This document shows, one piece after another, positions 41,401 to 53,592 of a stretch of DNA of 64,000 nt (within the stretch, counting starts at the first letter, position 1; every line of letters starts with the position of its first letter). The notes under the pieces are model-generated. The model saw only the letters and a list, made by a program, of their open reading frames with translations. It was not told the origin of the DNA and made no database searches. The position numbers and the translations under genes are program-made. The DNA is taken from NCBI GenBank assembly GCA_033442325.1, contig JAWQFM010000014.1:835792-899791 (forward strand), given 5' to 3'. The stretch comes from Salpingoeca rosetta (taxonomy: Eukaryota; Protista; Choanoflagellata).

Positions 41401-44400
41401 TGAGGGGCAACGGGTGGCAGCAGCGTCGCCATGCTCCGCTTTGCACACAATGATGATGGCTGGCCAGCAGCAGCAATTGTCAAAATGGATCAACCAAGCA
41501 TCACCTTCCTCACATGAACAAAGCTCGACTGAGCCTGATTAACGGGAGAGAACACACGTCCATAAACCCCACGTACACCCATGCACACACGCACACGTAC
41601 CTCAGTGGAAGCGATTTCGCTGGCCATCACGCGGGAGCCATAGCCCTTTTCCGTATGCAGGAACTCAATCGTGCTGCGGTTGTTGGCCAGCATGCCAAAC
41701 AGGTCATCCAGCCCAGACACAAGCATCGCAGCTGCAGGTGTATGAAGGCACATGCATGCGTGAGTGTGAGTGGAACTGCTAATGTTATCTCCACAGGTGT
41801 CACACAAGACAGTCAGAACCAAGGCCGTCGTCAATATTCACCACTTGTACCACACACACACATACATACAGAGAGAGATAGATAGAGAGAGACACACACA
41901 CACACACGCACACGCACAACGCACGCACACACGCACAAAAGAAGGCCCGCAAGGGTGTACCTGTGAGCTCGTTTGAGCGCGGGCCCTTCTCGCTCATGAC
42001 AGAGCCTCTGCTCGAGATGCCGCTTGCCCGCCGGTCGCGCGAATCCGTGCGCAGTCGCGAATTGCGCCCGTAGCGCCTACAAATAGTGGTGCAGTGACGC
42101 AGTGGGTGTTGGGTGACAATTAGGCGGTGAATATGGTTGCGTGTGCATGCGTGTGCATGTGCTGTTGCGCTAAGCAGCGGCTTGAATTGGGTTGTGATGC
42201 ATTGTGCTGTGGAGGCAGGCCGTAGCCATAGTGCAGGGATGTGCTGACTGTGCATGTGCGAACGTACTGTGAGACAGTGGTTCTGCCTGTCCGAAGGGAG
42301 GATGTGACGCGCTCATTGATGCCAAGGCCCGGGTACCAAGGCTTGAGGGTAAACACAGCCGTCATCCACTTTTCCTCATACAGTCGCAATGCGTTCTCGC
42401 TGCGAATGTCCTTCGCCGCCAGCGCAACCACAGACTATCAAGCGCACGTGATGTGCAGTGAACAAGGGGGCATTGTGAGAACATGTCACACAGGCGAAAC
42501 GTCGTCATTTGTGTGTGTGTGTGTGTCTGTGTGTGTGTGTGTGTTATGCACTAGTAGATGTGCACGTGCGTGGTTTTGCTTCTTTGTCAACAAGTAATAG
42601 TTTGTCCTGTCACAAAGAGCTCCTTGCCACAAGCATGCCGTGACCAACGAGCCGAGAGAACATCATCAACACAGCATAATGTAACCAGGTACAAACAAAC
42701 CTCAACAAGGGATGGCTGGTCCTTTGGCAGCCAGTACAGCATCTCTCGCAGCGTCCAATTGCTGACTGTGCTCTCATCCAGCGTCTCAGTCACGCCTGTG
42801 AAGGTAACACGGGAACAACATCACAGCACCAAATGGTACCACGCACATGCACGCACACGCACACGTTAACACAGACACAAAGCATCCGTCAGTAAAACTA
42901 CATGCAAGCAAGCAAGATCGTCGTCTGCAACACGTTACTGAAGCCATCAAGCACGCATCATCACACAATGGGTGCCCTCGCTCTGAGTGCATGCACGCAC
43001 CAGCATCGCGGAAGAGTTTCTTCCAGTGGCTGGACCGGAGATCCTCTTTCTTCAGGTTTTCCAGCAGCGGCACACTCCTGATGAGCAACGCAACCGCGTT
43101 CGTGAGTGACGCAAACCACAGTCTTCTCCCCCTTCAGCGAAAGCTCGACATGCACAGCACAGCACAACACAGCATAACACAAACACACGACACAACCACA
43201 ACATGATATCTTCTTCTTCTTCTTCTTCTTCTTCTTCTTCTTCTTCTTCTTCTTCTTCTTCTTCTTCTTCTTCTTCTTCTTCTTCTTCTTCTTCTTCTTC
43301 TTCTTCTTCTTCTTCTTCTTCTTCTTCTTCTTCTTCTTCTTCACAGGAGCACACTCAATAAAAGCAAGCTTACTTGATAATGGCGTCTGTTGACCGCTGC
43401 AAGCCCTGCGTGACGTCCCATTCAAAGCAATCCTCCGGCAGGGCGTGGATCAACTCCAGCATGGACTCCGCCTTGGCCAGCGCCGTGTCGAGGTCCGCCT
43501 CTGTCCACCTGGCGGACAGCACACCACCAAGCTGCTCGTTGAAGTGCAGGCGGAGCGACGTGACCTCGTCCACGTGCGCCAGCGTCTGCTTGGCCGTGGT
43601 GAGCAGCCCAAAGTCGACAATGGACATGTTGGTGAGCTGTTGCAGCTGGCTCAGGTCGCGCGACTGCCGCTCCAGCTCGCCAAAGATGCGCGTCTGGTCG
43701 GCAATCAGCAGCCGGGACATGTCTGGTGGCGTCCCGCTCACAAACGCGTCGCTCGACAGCAGCGCATCAAAGGCGTCGCGCAGGCGCATGTCAAACTCCA
43801 CCAGCTGCTGCTTGATGCGCTCCGCCTCTTTTGAAATTCGCGGCGCCAGTCCGCGCTTGAGGTCCTCCAGCTTCTTGCGCATCACCTGCATGCGTTCGGG
43901 AAACGCGGCATACGCCTCCCGCTCCTCCACGGGTACTTGAAGGTCGTACTTTTCAAGCAGCGACAGCGTGCGCTGCAGGGGACCGAGCTTGCCGTCCGTC
44001 TCCTCCTGCCGCAGCGACACGTCGTGGAAGAAGTTCATGAGTTTCATGAACGAGAAGTGGGAGCCGGAGGACTTGAGCTCCACAATGCCGTCCTCTGTCC
44101 AGTCCAGGTAGTTTTTCAGCTTCTCGATGGTTCCCTCCGCACAGTCCAGGATAAATGTGCCAAAGGTGTAGAGCCACTTGGAAGCGAGTGCACGCAGCGT
44201 GGCGTTGATTGGCACCATATCCAGCTGCAGCCAACCGAGCTGGCGCGTGTCGGGCATGGCCCGCAGCCGCTGCTGGGCCGCTTTGAACACGTGCAAACAG
44301 GACGAAAACTCCTCCAGCGTCGGCACGTCGTCAACGTCCCTGTCGCTCAGCGTCGCCAGGTCGTGCATGCGCCCAAACCGGTTGGTCATGGTGAACTTAC

Positions 44401-46922
44401 GGGAGGCACGGTCAAAGCGCAGCGCCTGGCCCGTCACGTTCTTGCTCAGCACGCTGAGCTGCGCGTTGCTTGCAAGCATCCGCCTGTCCTGCAGGAACAG
44501 GTTGAAGAGGGCTGAGGGGTCCTCGTGGAACAGCAGTTGAAAGCTGTCGAGCACGTGCAGCTGTTCCTGGCAGTGGTTGGCAGACTCGGTTACGGCTTCG
44601 TGTATCGCATCCACCATCGCCCGCACGTTGTCCTGACGCGCAAGATCAAACACCTCGCTTGTTCGCGGAGACTTTACACACGTGGCCAGCTGCACACGTT
44701 AAAAAATCAAAATCACACCAAGAGGGGGACAGAATTAACACGGTTCACACGTGAGCGAGAGAGCGAGCGAGCGTGTGAGCGTGTGTTCAAAGAGCCGGGG
44801 GAGAAGTTTGGCACGGCCGGCAGAAGTAAAACGTCCATGCAACGCTGGCAATGGGGGGTTCAAGAACGCAACGGATGTGCATGGATTCACGATGCGCATG
44901 TGTACGAGCACACACGCGTGCAGACACGCACAAACGCACAAAAACACACACACACATGCACAAAAACACACACACGTACAAGCAAGCAAGCCCGTGTGTA
45001 CGCAGAAATCTACGCTCATCAAGGCAGCGGCCAAGTTCACACCTGAAGGACGTCGGTGACGGTGCGATCGACAATCTCAACGAGCGTGTTCTCTGCAGCG
45101 TGCTGGGCTTGGACCAGCGGTGGCTTCTGCACAACAGTGCCATTGGTCACGCTCACCTGTGTTGAAGGAAGGTGAGGGAGTGGGGGAAGGATGGGTTGTG
45201 TAAAGATCCGCGAATGACAGTTGCAGTTGCAGCAGCGAGTTGAGTTGAGTGCGATGGAAGTTTCAATCCTGCTGTGATCATCGTTTGCAGGTTCGGAAGT
45301 GACGCGTGACCCACAAACACACACAAGCGCACGAAAATCAAACACACACACACACACCTCGATGCCGATGACGGCCTTGACATTCGATTGTGGATCGTGA
45401 AGGCACTGGTACAGCTTGTGCAGCGCGGTTGACACCAGGTGATACACGCCTACATTGGACACGTGGGCATGCGAATGTTCAATCGGGAACGATGTGTCAA
45501 TTACGGCATGCAGATGAAATACGACACCACAGAGCAAGCAAGCGTGATGTGCTGCACGTTTGATCGCGACCCGCAACACCACAGACCTGATGCAATTTTG
45601 TCGTCAAGATGTGCGATGAAGGCTTCCCACGCCGGCGATGACTCTGTGACGTACGACGCAGTCAGGCACGACTGCACAAGCTCTTCGAGGCGATTTGAGT
45701 CGTGCACGAGCATCGATCGCACGCGCTTCATGCAGTCCAAATGATACTCCTGTTTGGATCAGACGAACAACACCACGTGAGAGCACGTGAGAGTACGTGC
45801 GCGCGTGGGCGAACTCCAAACACAACAGCACGCACAATGACAAAGACAGGGACACACGCACGCGCGCACACATGTGCACACACAGGCACACACATGCACA
45901 CGCACACATACACACACGCACACCTCGAAGGATTCTGCGGTGAACGGGCGCTGCTCGAGCGCGTCATCTGCAAATGCACTTTGTGGTGTTGTGATGGACT
46001 TCCACCGCTCCACAATCGCATCCATCTCCTTGCGGGCGCCAGCAACCTGCGCAGGGGGGTAGCAGCAGCAGCAGCAACAACAAAACAATCGGTGAAGATG
46101 GTGGTGGTGGTGGTATTTGAGTGGTGGAGCAAGTCATGGGAGCGGGTGTATCTGGTAAGTTCAGTGTCATGGGCAATGTTGAAAAACACAACCGAGTTGA
46201 ACAAAGGCTCGTTCCACGCACAGTGTCGAGGCGAGTTTGAAAGCCTTTGATGAGCAAATCCTCCAACGTGGCCAGATAGTCCTACAGCAACGCAACAAGA
46301 CGAAGAGGAACAAGCAATGCACGCAACACGTGCATTGGAGAGGGAAGATGCTGGTCAATGGTACGTTCGTGGGTCGCATCAACCAACACGTCAGTCAAGA
46401 GTACCAGCGCACAAACACATACACAAGCAAACAAACAAACACGCACAGAAACAAACAAACAAACAAACAAACAAACAAACAAACAAGTAGCTCGGTCTTG
46501 GATGGCTGCGTGCTCACGTGCAAGCTGGAGCTGCTGAAGTTGAAGTCGACGGTTCCCTTCGTGAGCGCCTCCACCAAGTTCGGGAACATGTCGTGGTACA
46601 GCGGTCGTTCAAACTGAACACAAACCACACGATGAGGGGACAAGGCGGGGGCGGGGGGATGGGTGAGGTGAGAAACATAATGACACTGAATCGTTTACAC
46701 GTGTGCAAGTGAACATACATAATGTGTGCGTGACAGTTGCAATCACACGGCAACGCTTCATCGCGCAGCGCACCTTGTCGAGTTTGACGCGGAGGTGGTT
46801 GTACATGCCCAGAACCATGTCCAGCTTGGCCACGACCACATGCAGCGACGGCTGCCGCTCGCACAGCATCTCCATCGTCTCCCCAATCTTGTACTACACG
46901 CAAGGTGACAGGGGGAGAAGGG

Positions 46923-46956
<34 letters not shown>

Positions 46957-48508
46957 GTGTGTTGATGTGTATGCATATGTGTGAGGATGACTGAGGATAA
47001 GCAAGGAAGTGTCTGGGGTGATCCATGAAAGGAGGGCATATCCCACAGCCTCATCGTCACCTCACGCTACTCAGCACCAGCGCACATCACATACCCCGCG
47101 TCGCTGGAGAAACTGGGCCTCTCGCAAGCGGCGAAGAAAAGCGAGCGGAAGATTGACCTGGAACACGGGCAGCCGGTGCCGCGATGCCTAATGGTCGCAA
47201 TGGGGTGGTGGTGGTGGTGGTGGTGGTGGTGGTGGTGGTGGTGGTGGTGGTGGTGGTGATGATGATGATGATATGGTCGCAATGGGGTGGTGGTGGAGGT
47301 GGTGGAGTGGTGGTGATGATGATGATGATGATGATATGGTCGCAATGGGGTGGTGGTGGTGGTGGTGGCGTGGTGGTGGTGGCGTGGGGAACACAGGTGA
47401 GCGTATGAGCGATTTGTGGTGTTGTCAAGACAGAGTGGACTTGGGTGCGTGCTTGTGGGCTAACACATGGGCATGTGAAAATACAGTTGAACAACACGAG
47501 CAGTCTGCCTGCAAGGGGCAAGGGGGGCATGACGGCATGAGCGAATGCGACGTTCATTCATACCAGGGCTGCTTCGTCGGCTGAGGAAACCATCATCTTC
47601 TGGCGCACAAAGAGCGTCGATGTCAGCACATCCCCAGGCTGCACAGACAGAACAATGGTGGCGGCGATGGAGGGGGTGAGGGAAACTTGGTTGACAAGCA
47701 GACACTGTCGCTGCATGAGCGTTGTGCTCGCAATACGAAAAGCATTCATGTACATGCACGTGCGCGCACCACACACACAAACACACACACACACAGACAC
47801 ACAAACAAACAAACAAACAAACACATCCCAAATCCCACGCCACGCAAGTACAAACACACACACACACGCGCGCGCGCGCCACACAAACAAATGACAGAGC
47901 AGCTGGGACTCACAATCTGTGAAGCGAGCATGTGCCACTGGCTGAGCGTGTGCTTGCGCATGTTTGCAATCTCCTTCTCTGCTGTGGCGTGCAGCACTTG
48001 CAAGTCGTGGCCAGCCTTGGACAGCAGGCACGCCTGGATACGGATCGTGTGAAGCGCAAGTGATGTGCCGTGAGCCAAGCGAGACACGAAGAAATCCGTC
48101 CCACACATGCAGAAAGGCAAGCAAACCAGCCCTCAGTTTCGCCTTTCACGTGCACACGCACACACACACACACAGGCACACACACACACACACACACGCA
48201 CGCACGCAAGCATGCAAGCAGTGTAAGGGGACCTGTGGCAGTTTCTCGATGACACGCCAGGGATCTTTGATGCGCTGCTCAAGCACAGACAGCTGCACCA
48301 TCTGGTGGCGACAACAGAGGTGGTGGCACATGAGGGTGTTGGTCGGCAGACGATACAGGACGGGAGGTACAGAGCAGCAGCAAGAGATGCTTTGTTGTGC
48401 ATGCGAGCACACAGTCACACAAGTGGAGACAACACACACGCGGATGTGTGCACCTTTCCACGATAACACAGGCGCACATACACACACACGCATACGCATA
48501 CACACATG

Positions 48509-48545
<37 letters not shown>

Positions 48546-50340
48546 CGTCAATAAACGGGGTCGCGCGGCGGTAGGTGAGAAACTCTGGGGGCGGGGTGGT
48601 GTCGGGGACGATTGAGCTGTCCAAAGAGAGCTTGCGGCTGGCGTGGCTGGGTGGCGCCATCACGGCTTCGTCATCGCGGAAACGGGACACGGGCGACGAG
48701 AGCACCTCCATCGTGTCGCGGTAGTGCTGCGTCGCCTCGTGGATAATCGCCATATGCTCATTCTCCAGGCCAGTCTGGCAACAGGCGGTGATGGGGAGCA
48801 GGGTCAGCAAAGGCCGAGGCAATTAACACTCAAGTTAAGAGTGCAGTCGAGAGAGAGAGAGAGAAGAGAGAGAGAGTGTGTGTGTGTGTGTGCGTGCGTG
48901 CGTCCTTGCGTCCTCCGCACGACCCTGAAGCATCATGACCAAACACATCACACCCGAATGTGCACAAAGCTGCCATGCCAAACAGACCCCCACAGCCACA
49001 AGCGCGCACACGCACCACGATGGCCTCTCGCATGGAGATGTTGTCAAACATGTCAAACACGTCGAGCCGCTGCTGCAGACTACTGCAGTGCCGATGCGCC
49101 TCCTTCAACACACGCACGAGCACGCGCTCGAGGTTGCGCACAGTCAGGCGCAGCTCAAAAAACTCCTCGTTGAAGCGCTCAACATCTGCGAGTGGGGGTG
49201 GGACAAGGGAACAAGGGGCGGGGGACAATGTGCGGTGGGTTGGTGGAGCGTGAGTACGACAGGGACGTGAAAAATGAGGAAGTGGGTGCGATGATATACA
49301 GGCATTGGTACTCGAGGGTATGTTGCACAGTGCGTAGATCCCAGGCATTGGAGCCGTGTGGTCAAGCGAGAGTTGACGAGCACAGACACACACACGCACA
49401 CACACACGCACACAACGCAGCAGTACACCAACTTGCCGTACCGTCATCAATGTTGACCAAATTCAGCCGCTGCGCTTCAAACTTCTCCAGCGCAGGCACA
49501 AATTCCGCGTACACTTGAGCAATGCCTGCAGGCAACGACGACAATTGTGTGTACGAGATGTTGGTGGGGTGTGGAACCAAACACAGGCATGCAGACACAC
49601 GTGTGATCATTGCCTGACTCACTAACCGACACCAAGCGCGCACAGGAGAAATGCACACCAATCGATGCCAAAGACACTCACAGCAACAGCCACGCTCAAA
49701 CACAAACACGCACACACACACACAAACACTTACACACATACAAACACGCACACACAAGGCATGAAGCCCCCAAGCCACCATACTCGCGGGCAATAGAAGG
49801 GTGTGCCGGACCTGCTGTGAGGCGCTGGCCGTGGGGACCGCCCAGGGCGAGATACCGCAGCTGCTTGAAGTGGTGCACGCTCTCCGCCAAGTCGAGGATG
49901 TCGTTGCACCTACCAGGTATGTGTTGTGTGTTGTGTGTTGTGTGTTGTGTTGTGTTGTGTTGTGTGTGTGCGTGCATGAGAACGGATGATATGACACGCA
50001 ATGAGACCTGGGCGTTCAAATGTATTCCACCACAATCACCAATCACCAATCACCATTGGCGTGCGTGCCGGCATAGGGTTTCACCTGTCGATGAAGCTGT
50101 TGAAGCGCTTGAAGGGCCCCTCGGAGCGCTCCGGCCACGCCGCCAGCGCAGCCTTGAACGTCTCTGGTGGACGAACGATGGTGATGGTGTGAAGACGATC
50201 GCGTAGAGGTGATGGTGTGATGACGTGAACAGGTTGTCGGGAATGTGGATGGGCGAGTCATTTGTTGAGTTGACCATTTGTGGGGAGCAGATGCAATAAT
50301 AGAAGGAAGCAAGATTGGCCATCAACTCCACACATAAACG

Positions 50341-50413
<73 letters not shown>

Positions 50414-51480
50414 CTGAACAATTGCAAACACAACGGGCACTGACGTTGCATGGCGACTTCCTGCTTTGAGGACATGGCAACGGAGATGTGGCGGTCATCT
50501 GTAAACTGCTGGCGCACCAGATTCAGCGCAACCGTCTGCGCCTGGTCACGCACGTCTGCACAGCGACAACGCGCACGGGTACAACGGTGGTGGTCGTGAT
50601 CGCGGTCGTGAGCGGTGTGATATATGCCCACAGACACGAAAAGCAACGATGATCGAGTTCCCACACGCACGCACGCACCCACACAACCACGCACACAACC
50701 ACACACAAACCACACACACACACACAACCACACACAAACCATATCCATGCCCTCTCCTCCGCCCTACCGAGGTAGGTGCCTCTGAATGAGGCGCAGAGCC
50801 TGAGCACGGTGCGCAGCTGGTCCTCAAGGCCGTGCGGGAAGTTGTTGTGCGGTGTTGTCGTAATGGTCTCTTGCGAGCGCCGGATAATCTGGTTGCACAC
50901 AAACCGCAGCAGCCGCTGGAACCTGGCGCGCGGCGTTGAGGTTTGGGGAGGGGGGTTGTTTGGAGGTGGAAGGGTGAGGTGTGAGATTCAGAGTTGCAAA
51001 GATACTGTGGATGTGTGTGCTGAAATGTGTGCGATTATGTGTGTTCGGTCAGTGCAACACACGAACATGCACGTACGATACTGTTGTTGGTTGCTGTGAT
51101 GCAAGTCACTGTGTTGGCTCAAATTTGTTTTCTACAAGTGCAAGCGCCGTGCGTGTCGTACCTCTTTGCCTTCCTGTACCAGTCCGAGTGCTGCCAGAGA
51201 AGGAAGAGGGAGTGCAGCATGGGCGGTACCTTCTTCACAGCCACGGGGATGGGCACAGACGAGTCTGCAAGGCAATCAAAGTACGGCTTGCACGCACGCA
51301 GCATCCTGTTGCACATTAGCGTGTGCGTGTGTGTGTGTGAATGAAAGCGGTGAGACTGAAGATCTGAAAACAGGGACGAGGTCATAAGCATGGGCGTCGC
51401 AGTCTCTCAACCCACATCTGCTCGCCTCCCCTCCCCGGCTTCATACACACACACACATACACATACACATGCAGATACAT

Positions 51481-51513
<33 letters not shown>

Positions 51514-52461
51514 CAAACACACATACACACACAGTACTGACTTGAGAAGGCGGCTGTTCTCGTCGAGGGCCGTCTTGACCTCTTGCAAGAGGTTTGAAAA
51601 GGACGTGACATAGTTGGAGGCTGCCGCGTCCAGCTCGTCCACGATGGCCTGCACCTCCATGCTGTGCAGCTGCGCGTGCACAGACTCCAGGTGTCGCTGG
51701 CGCAGCTCAAATGCCTGCAGCTCGACGTGCGGGCCCGGGTGCTTCACCTGCCGCACCACCTCGTTGATGTTGAGCTTGAGCAGGCCCTTGATGACTTTGC
51801 TCCAGGCAATGAGGGCTGACTCGAGCTGGTGGATGTGCTCCTTCATGAGGCCGTTGCTGGTGCTGGTGGCGGCGCTCTTGGCGACCGCGCTGTATGTGGA
51901 CAGGCGCCCGGTGCGCATGCGCTCGCTCAGGTCGCCCTCTGCGCCAGCCGCCACGGCCAGCAAGGGCAGCGGCAGCATCACCTTGCCCTGCATGTGGCCC
52001 TCGGTCATCTGCATGGTGGAGAGCAGCTTGAGGTGGGCCTCGTGCACGCGCTTCGCGTCGTTGAAGGGGAGGTGCGGCACGGGCGGGTTGTCCACGGCGG
52101 CGGACAGCAGCGGCAGGTAGACGTCGCGGGAGACCAGCCACAGGTGGTACCACGGGGTGGCCACCAGCTCGCACACGACCAGCTGCTTGGCGATGTCTGC
52201 TTCGGTGATGCTGCTGACGCCGAATGTTTTGCGGAAGACGAGCAGCTTTTGGTCTGCCGGCACCTTCATCGGCACGAGCGAGAGCTGCGGCTCGTGTGTG
52301 TCTGGATCGGCGGCTGCAAACAGCGTCCTGTAGTCCATGCGCTCGAAGAACTGGAAGATCTCCCGCAGCATCTGCGCATCGATGGAGGACAGGCTGCCCT
52401 TGCACTCCAGGGATGAGTGCAGCCGCTTGTCAATCCATGTCAGTCGGTCGTCCGTCGCCAT
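23581..52461 (-). CDS. Highly divergent axonemal-type dynein heavy chain (outer-arm beta/DNAH9-11-17-like tail) with degenerate AAA1
   Basis: Colinear dynein architecture over dozens of exons. N-terminal tail: [10 protein letters not shown]...RDVYLPLLS...GKVMLPLP...[19 protein letters not shown]...PGPHVEL (51540-52461). Linker: [35 protein letters not shown]1 region: [25 protein letters not shown]2: [11 protein letters not shown]3: GQPAAGKS. Then stalk/MTBD, AAA5 ([11 protein letters not shown]), AAA6 ([10 protein letters not shown]...[10 protein letters not shown]...[14 protein letters not shown]) and a C-terminus ending ...[15 protein letters not shown] at 23581. Confidence 0.9.
24235..24334. 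other. Assembly gap (100 N) within an (AG)n microsatellite in the last dynein intron
   Basis: Run of 100 N flanked by AG repeats; the true length is unknown. Confidence 0.99.
43209..43343. repeat. Intronic (TTC)n/(GAA)n trinucleotide repeat
   Basis: About 135 nt pure repeat in a dynein intron. Confidence 0.97.
47190..47385. repeat. Compound minisatellite: three units of ATGGTCGCAATGGG followed by (GGT)n and (GAT)n
   Basis: The anchor sequence recurs at about 47191, 47273 and 47336, inside a dynein intron. Confidence 0.9.
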
Positions 52462-52541
52462 CCTTCAACGCGGAGGTGGAGACGGAGACCTCTGCTGCTG
52501 TGGTTGTACGTGTGTGTGTGTGTGTGTGTCTGCCTATGGAT

Positions 52542-52780
52542 CTATAACTGCTGCCACTGCGTGTGTCTGTGAGTGTGTGTGTGAGTGTGTGTGTATGGTT
52601 GTGGATGGGGTGGCCAGCACGCCGCAGAGCGCAGCCCCTTGAGCGTCGTTCGTTGTGTTGCACAGAGTCACTGACGGGGAGGGTGGCGATGTTTGGTCCG
52701 ACATGGAGCGGGGTGCGGTACACGCGCGCAGCCGTCACAATCCCCTCCGCCTCAGCAACCACAGGCGGTGGCGGTATCGC

Positions 52781-52862
<82 letters not shown>

Positions 52863-53548
52863 ACATGGAACCGGTCGCGAAAACACTGAATTGGATGACA
52901 CTTCCAGTGGAGCTTGCGCATCGTCGAGGCCGCCCTGCATGGCTACATAAGGGGTGCAAACCTTTGTTGTGAAGTAGTGACGGGCCAGGATCTCAGCGCG
53001 CTGCACGTTGAATGTCTTCAGGGAGACAAATTTGGAGCTGTAGTAGTTGCCTCCAATGCTGGTCATGCAAAGGGATGCGTATGGGCGAGTAAGCAAGTGC
53101 GAGTAAGTGAGTGTGAGGGTGACGTGGTGAGTGCATATGTACACGTATCTGTGTATGTGCATGGGTGAGCACATGTGTACACGTATGTGTGTGTGTGTGC
53201 ATGAGTGAGTTCATTTGAGGGAATCGTGGTGAGAGTCGGTCACAATACAGCAACAGTGGCGTCACGCACCTGACGAGGGAGAGCGGGACGTAAGCTGCCA
53301 TCAATAGCGCCGCTTCGGTTCCTGCAGGCGATGATGCAGATTAAAGACATCATGTCAACCACAACAACATGCGCGCACGTAGATGCTGTTGTTGCTCACA
53401 TGCACACCTGTACACCAAGCAGACACACCCACATACAAGCGCGCACGCATGCCTGTTGCGGTTGTTGTTGTTGTTGTTTAAGTTGTTGTTGTTGTTGTTT
53501 AAGTTGTTGTTGTTGTTGTTTAAGTTGTTGTTGTTGTTGTTGTTTAAG

Positions 53549-53592
<44 letters not shown>

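Noticed and set aside
42961-43425. ORFs with poly-Lys or poly-Glu runs
   Set aside because: Translations of an intronic (GAA)n repeat between two dynein exons.
26103-44695. Treating the 1835-aa, 473-aa, 1425-aa and 441-aa ORFs as separate genes
   Set aside because: They are colinear pieces of one dynein heavy chain in the expected domain order, and some include read-through intron sequence.
47190-47385. Repeat-spacer-like pattern suggesting a CRISPR array
   Set aside because: The 'spacers' are GGT/GAT microsatellites, the context is a eukaryotic intron, and there are no cas genes.
23581-52461. Dynein as a pseudogene
   Set aside because: Multi-kb exons remain open, the splice sites examined are canonical and all domains are retained. 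Not every small exon's phase was checked, so this is not fully excluded.
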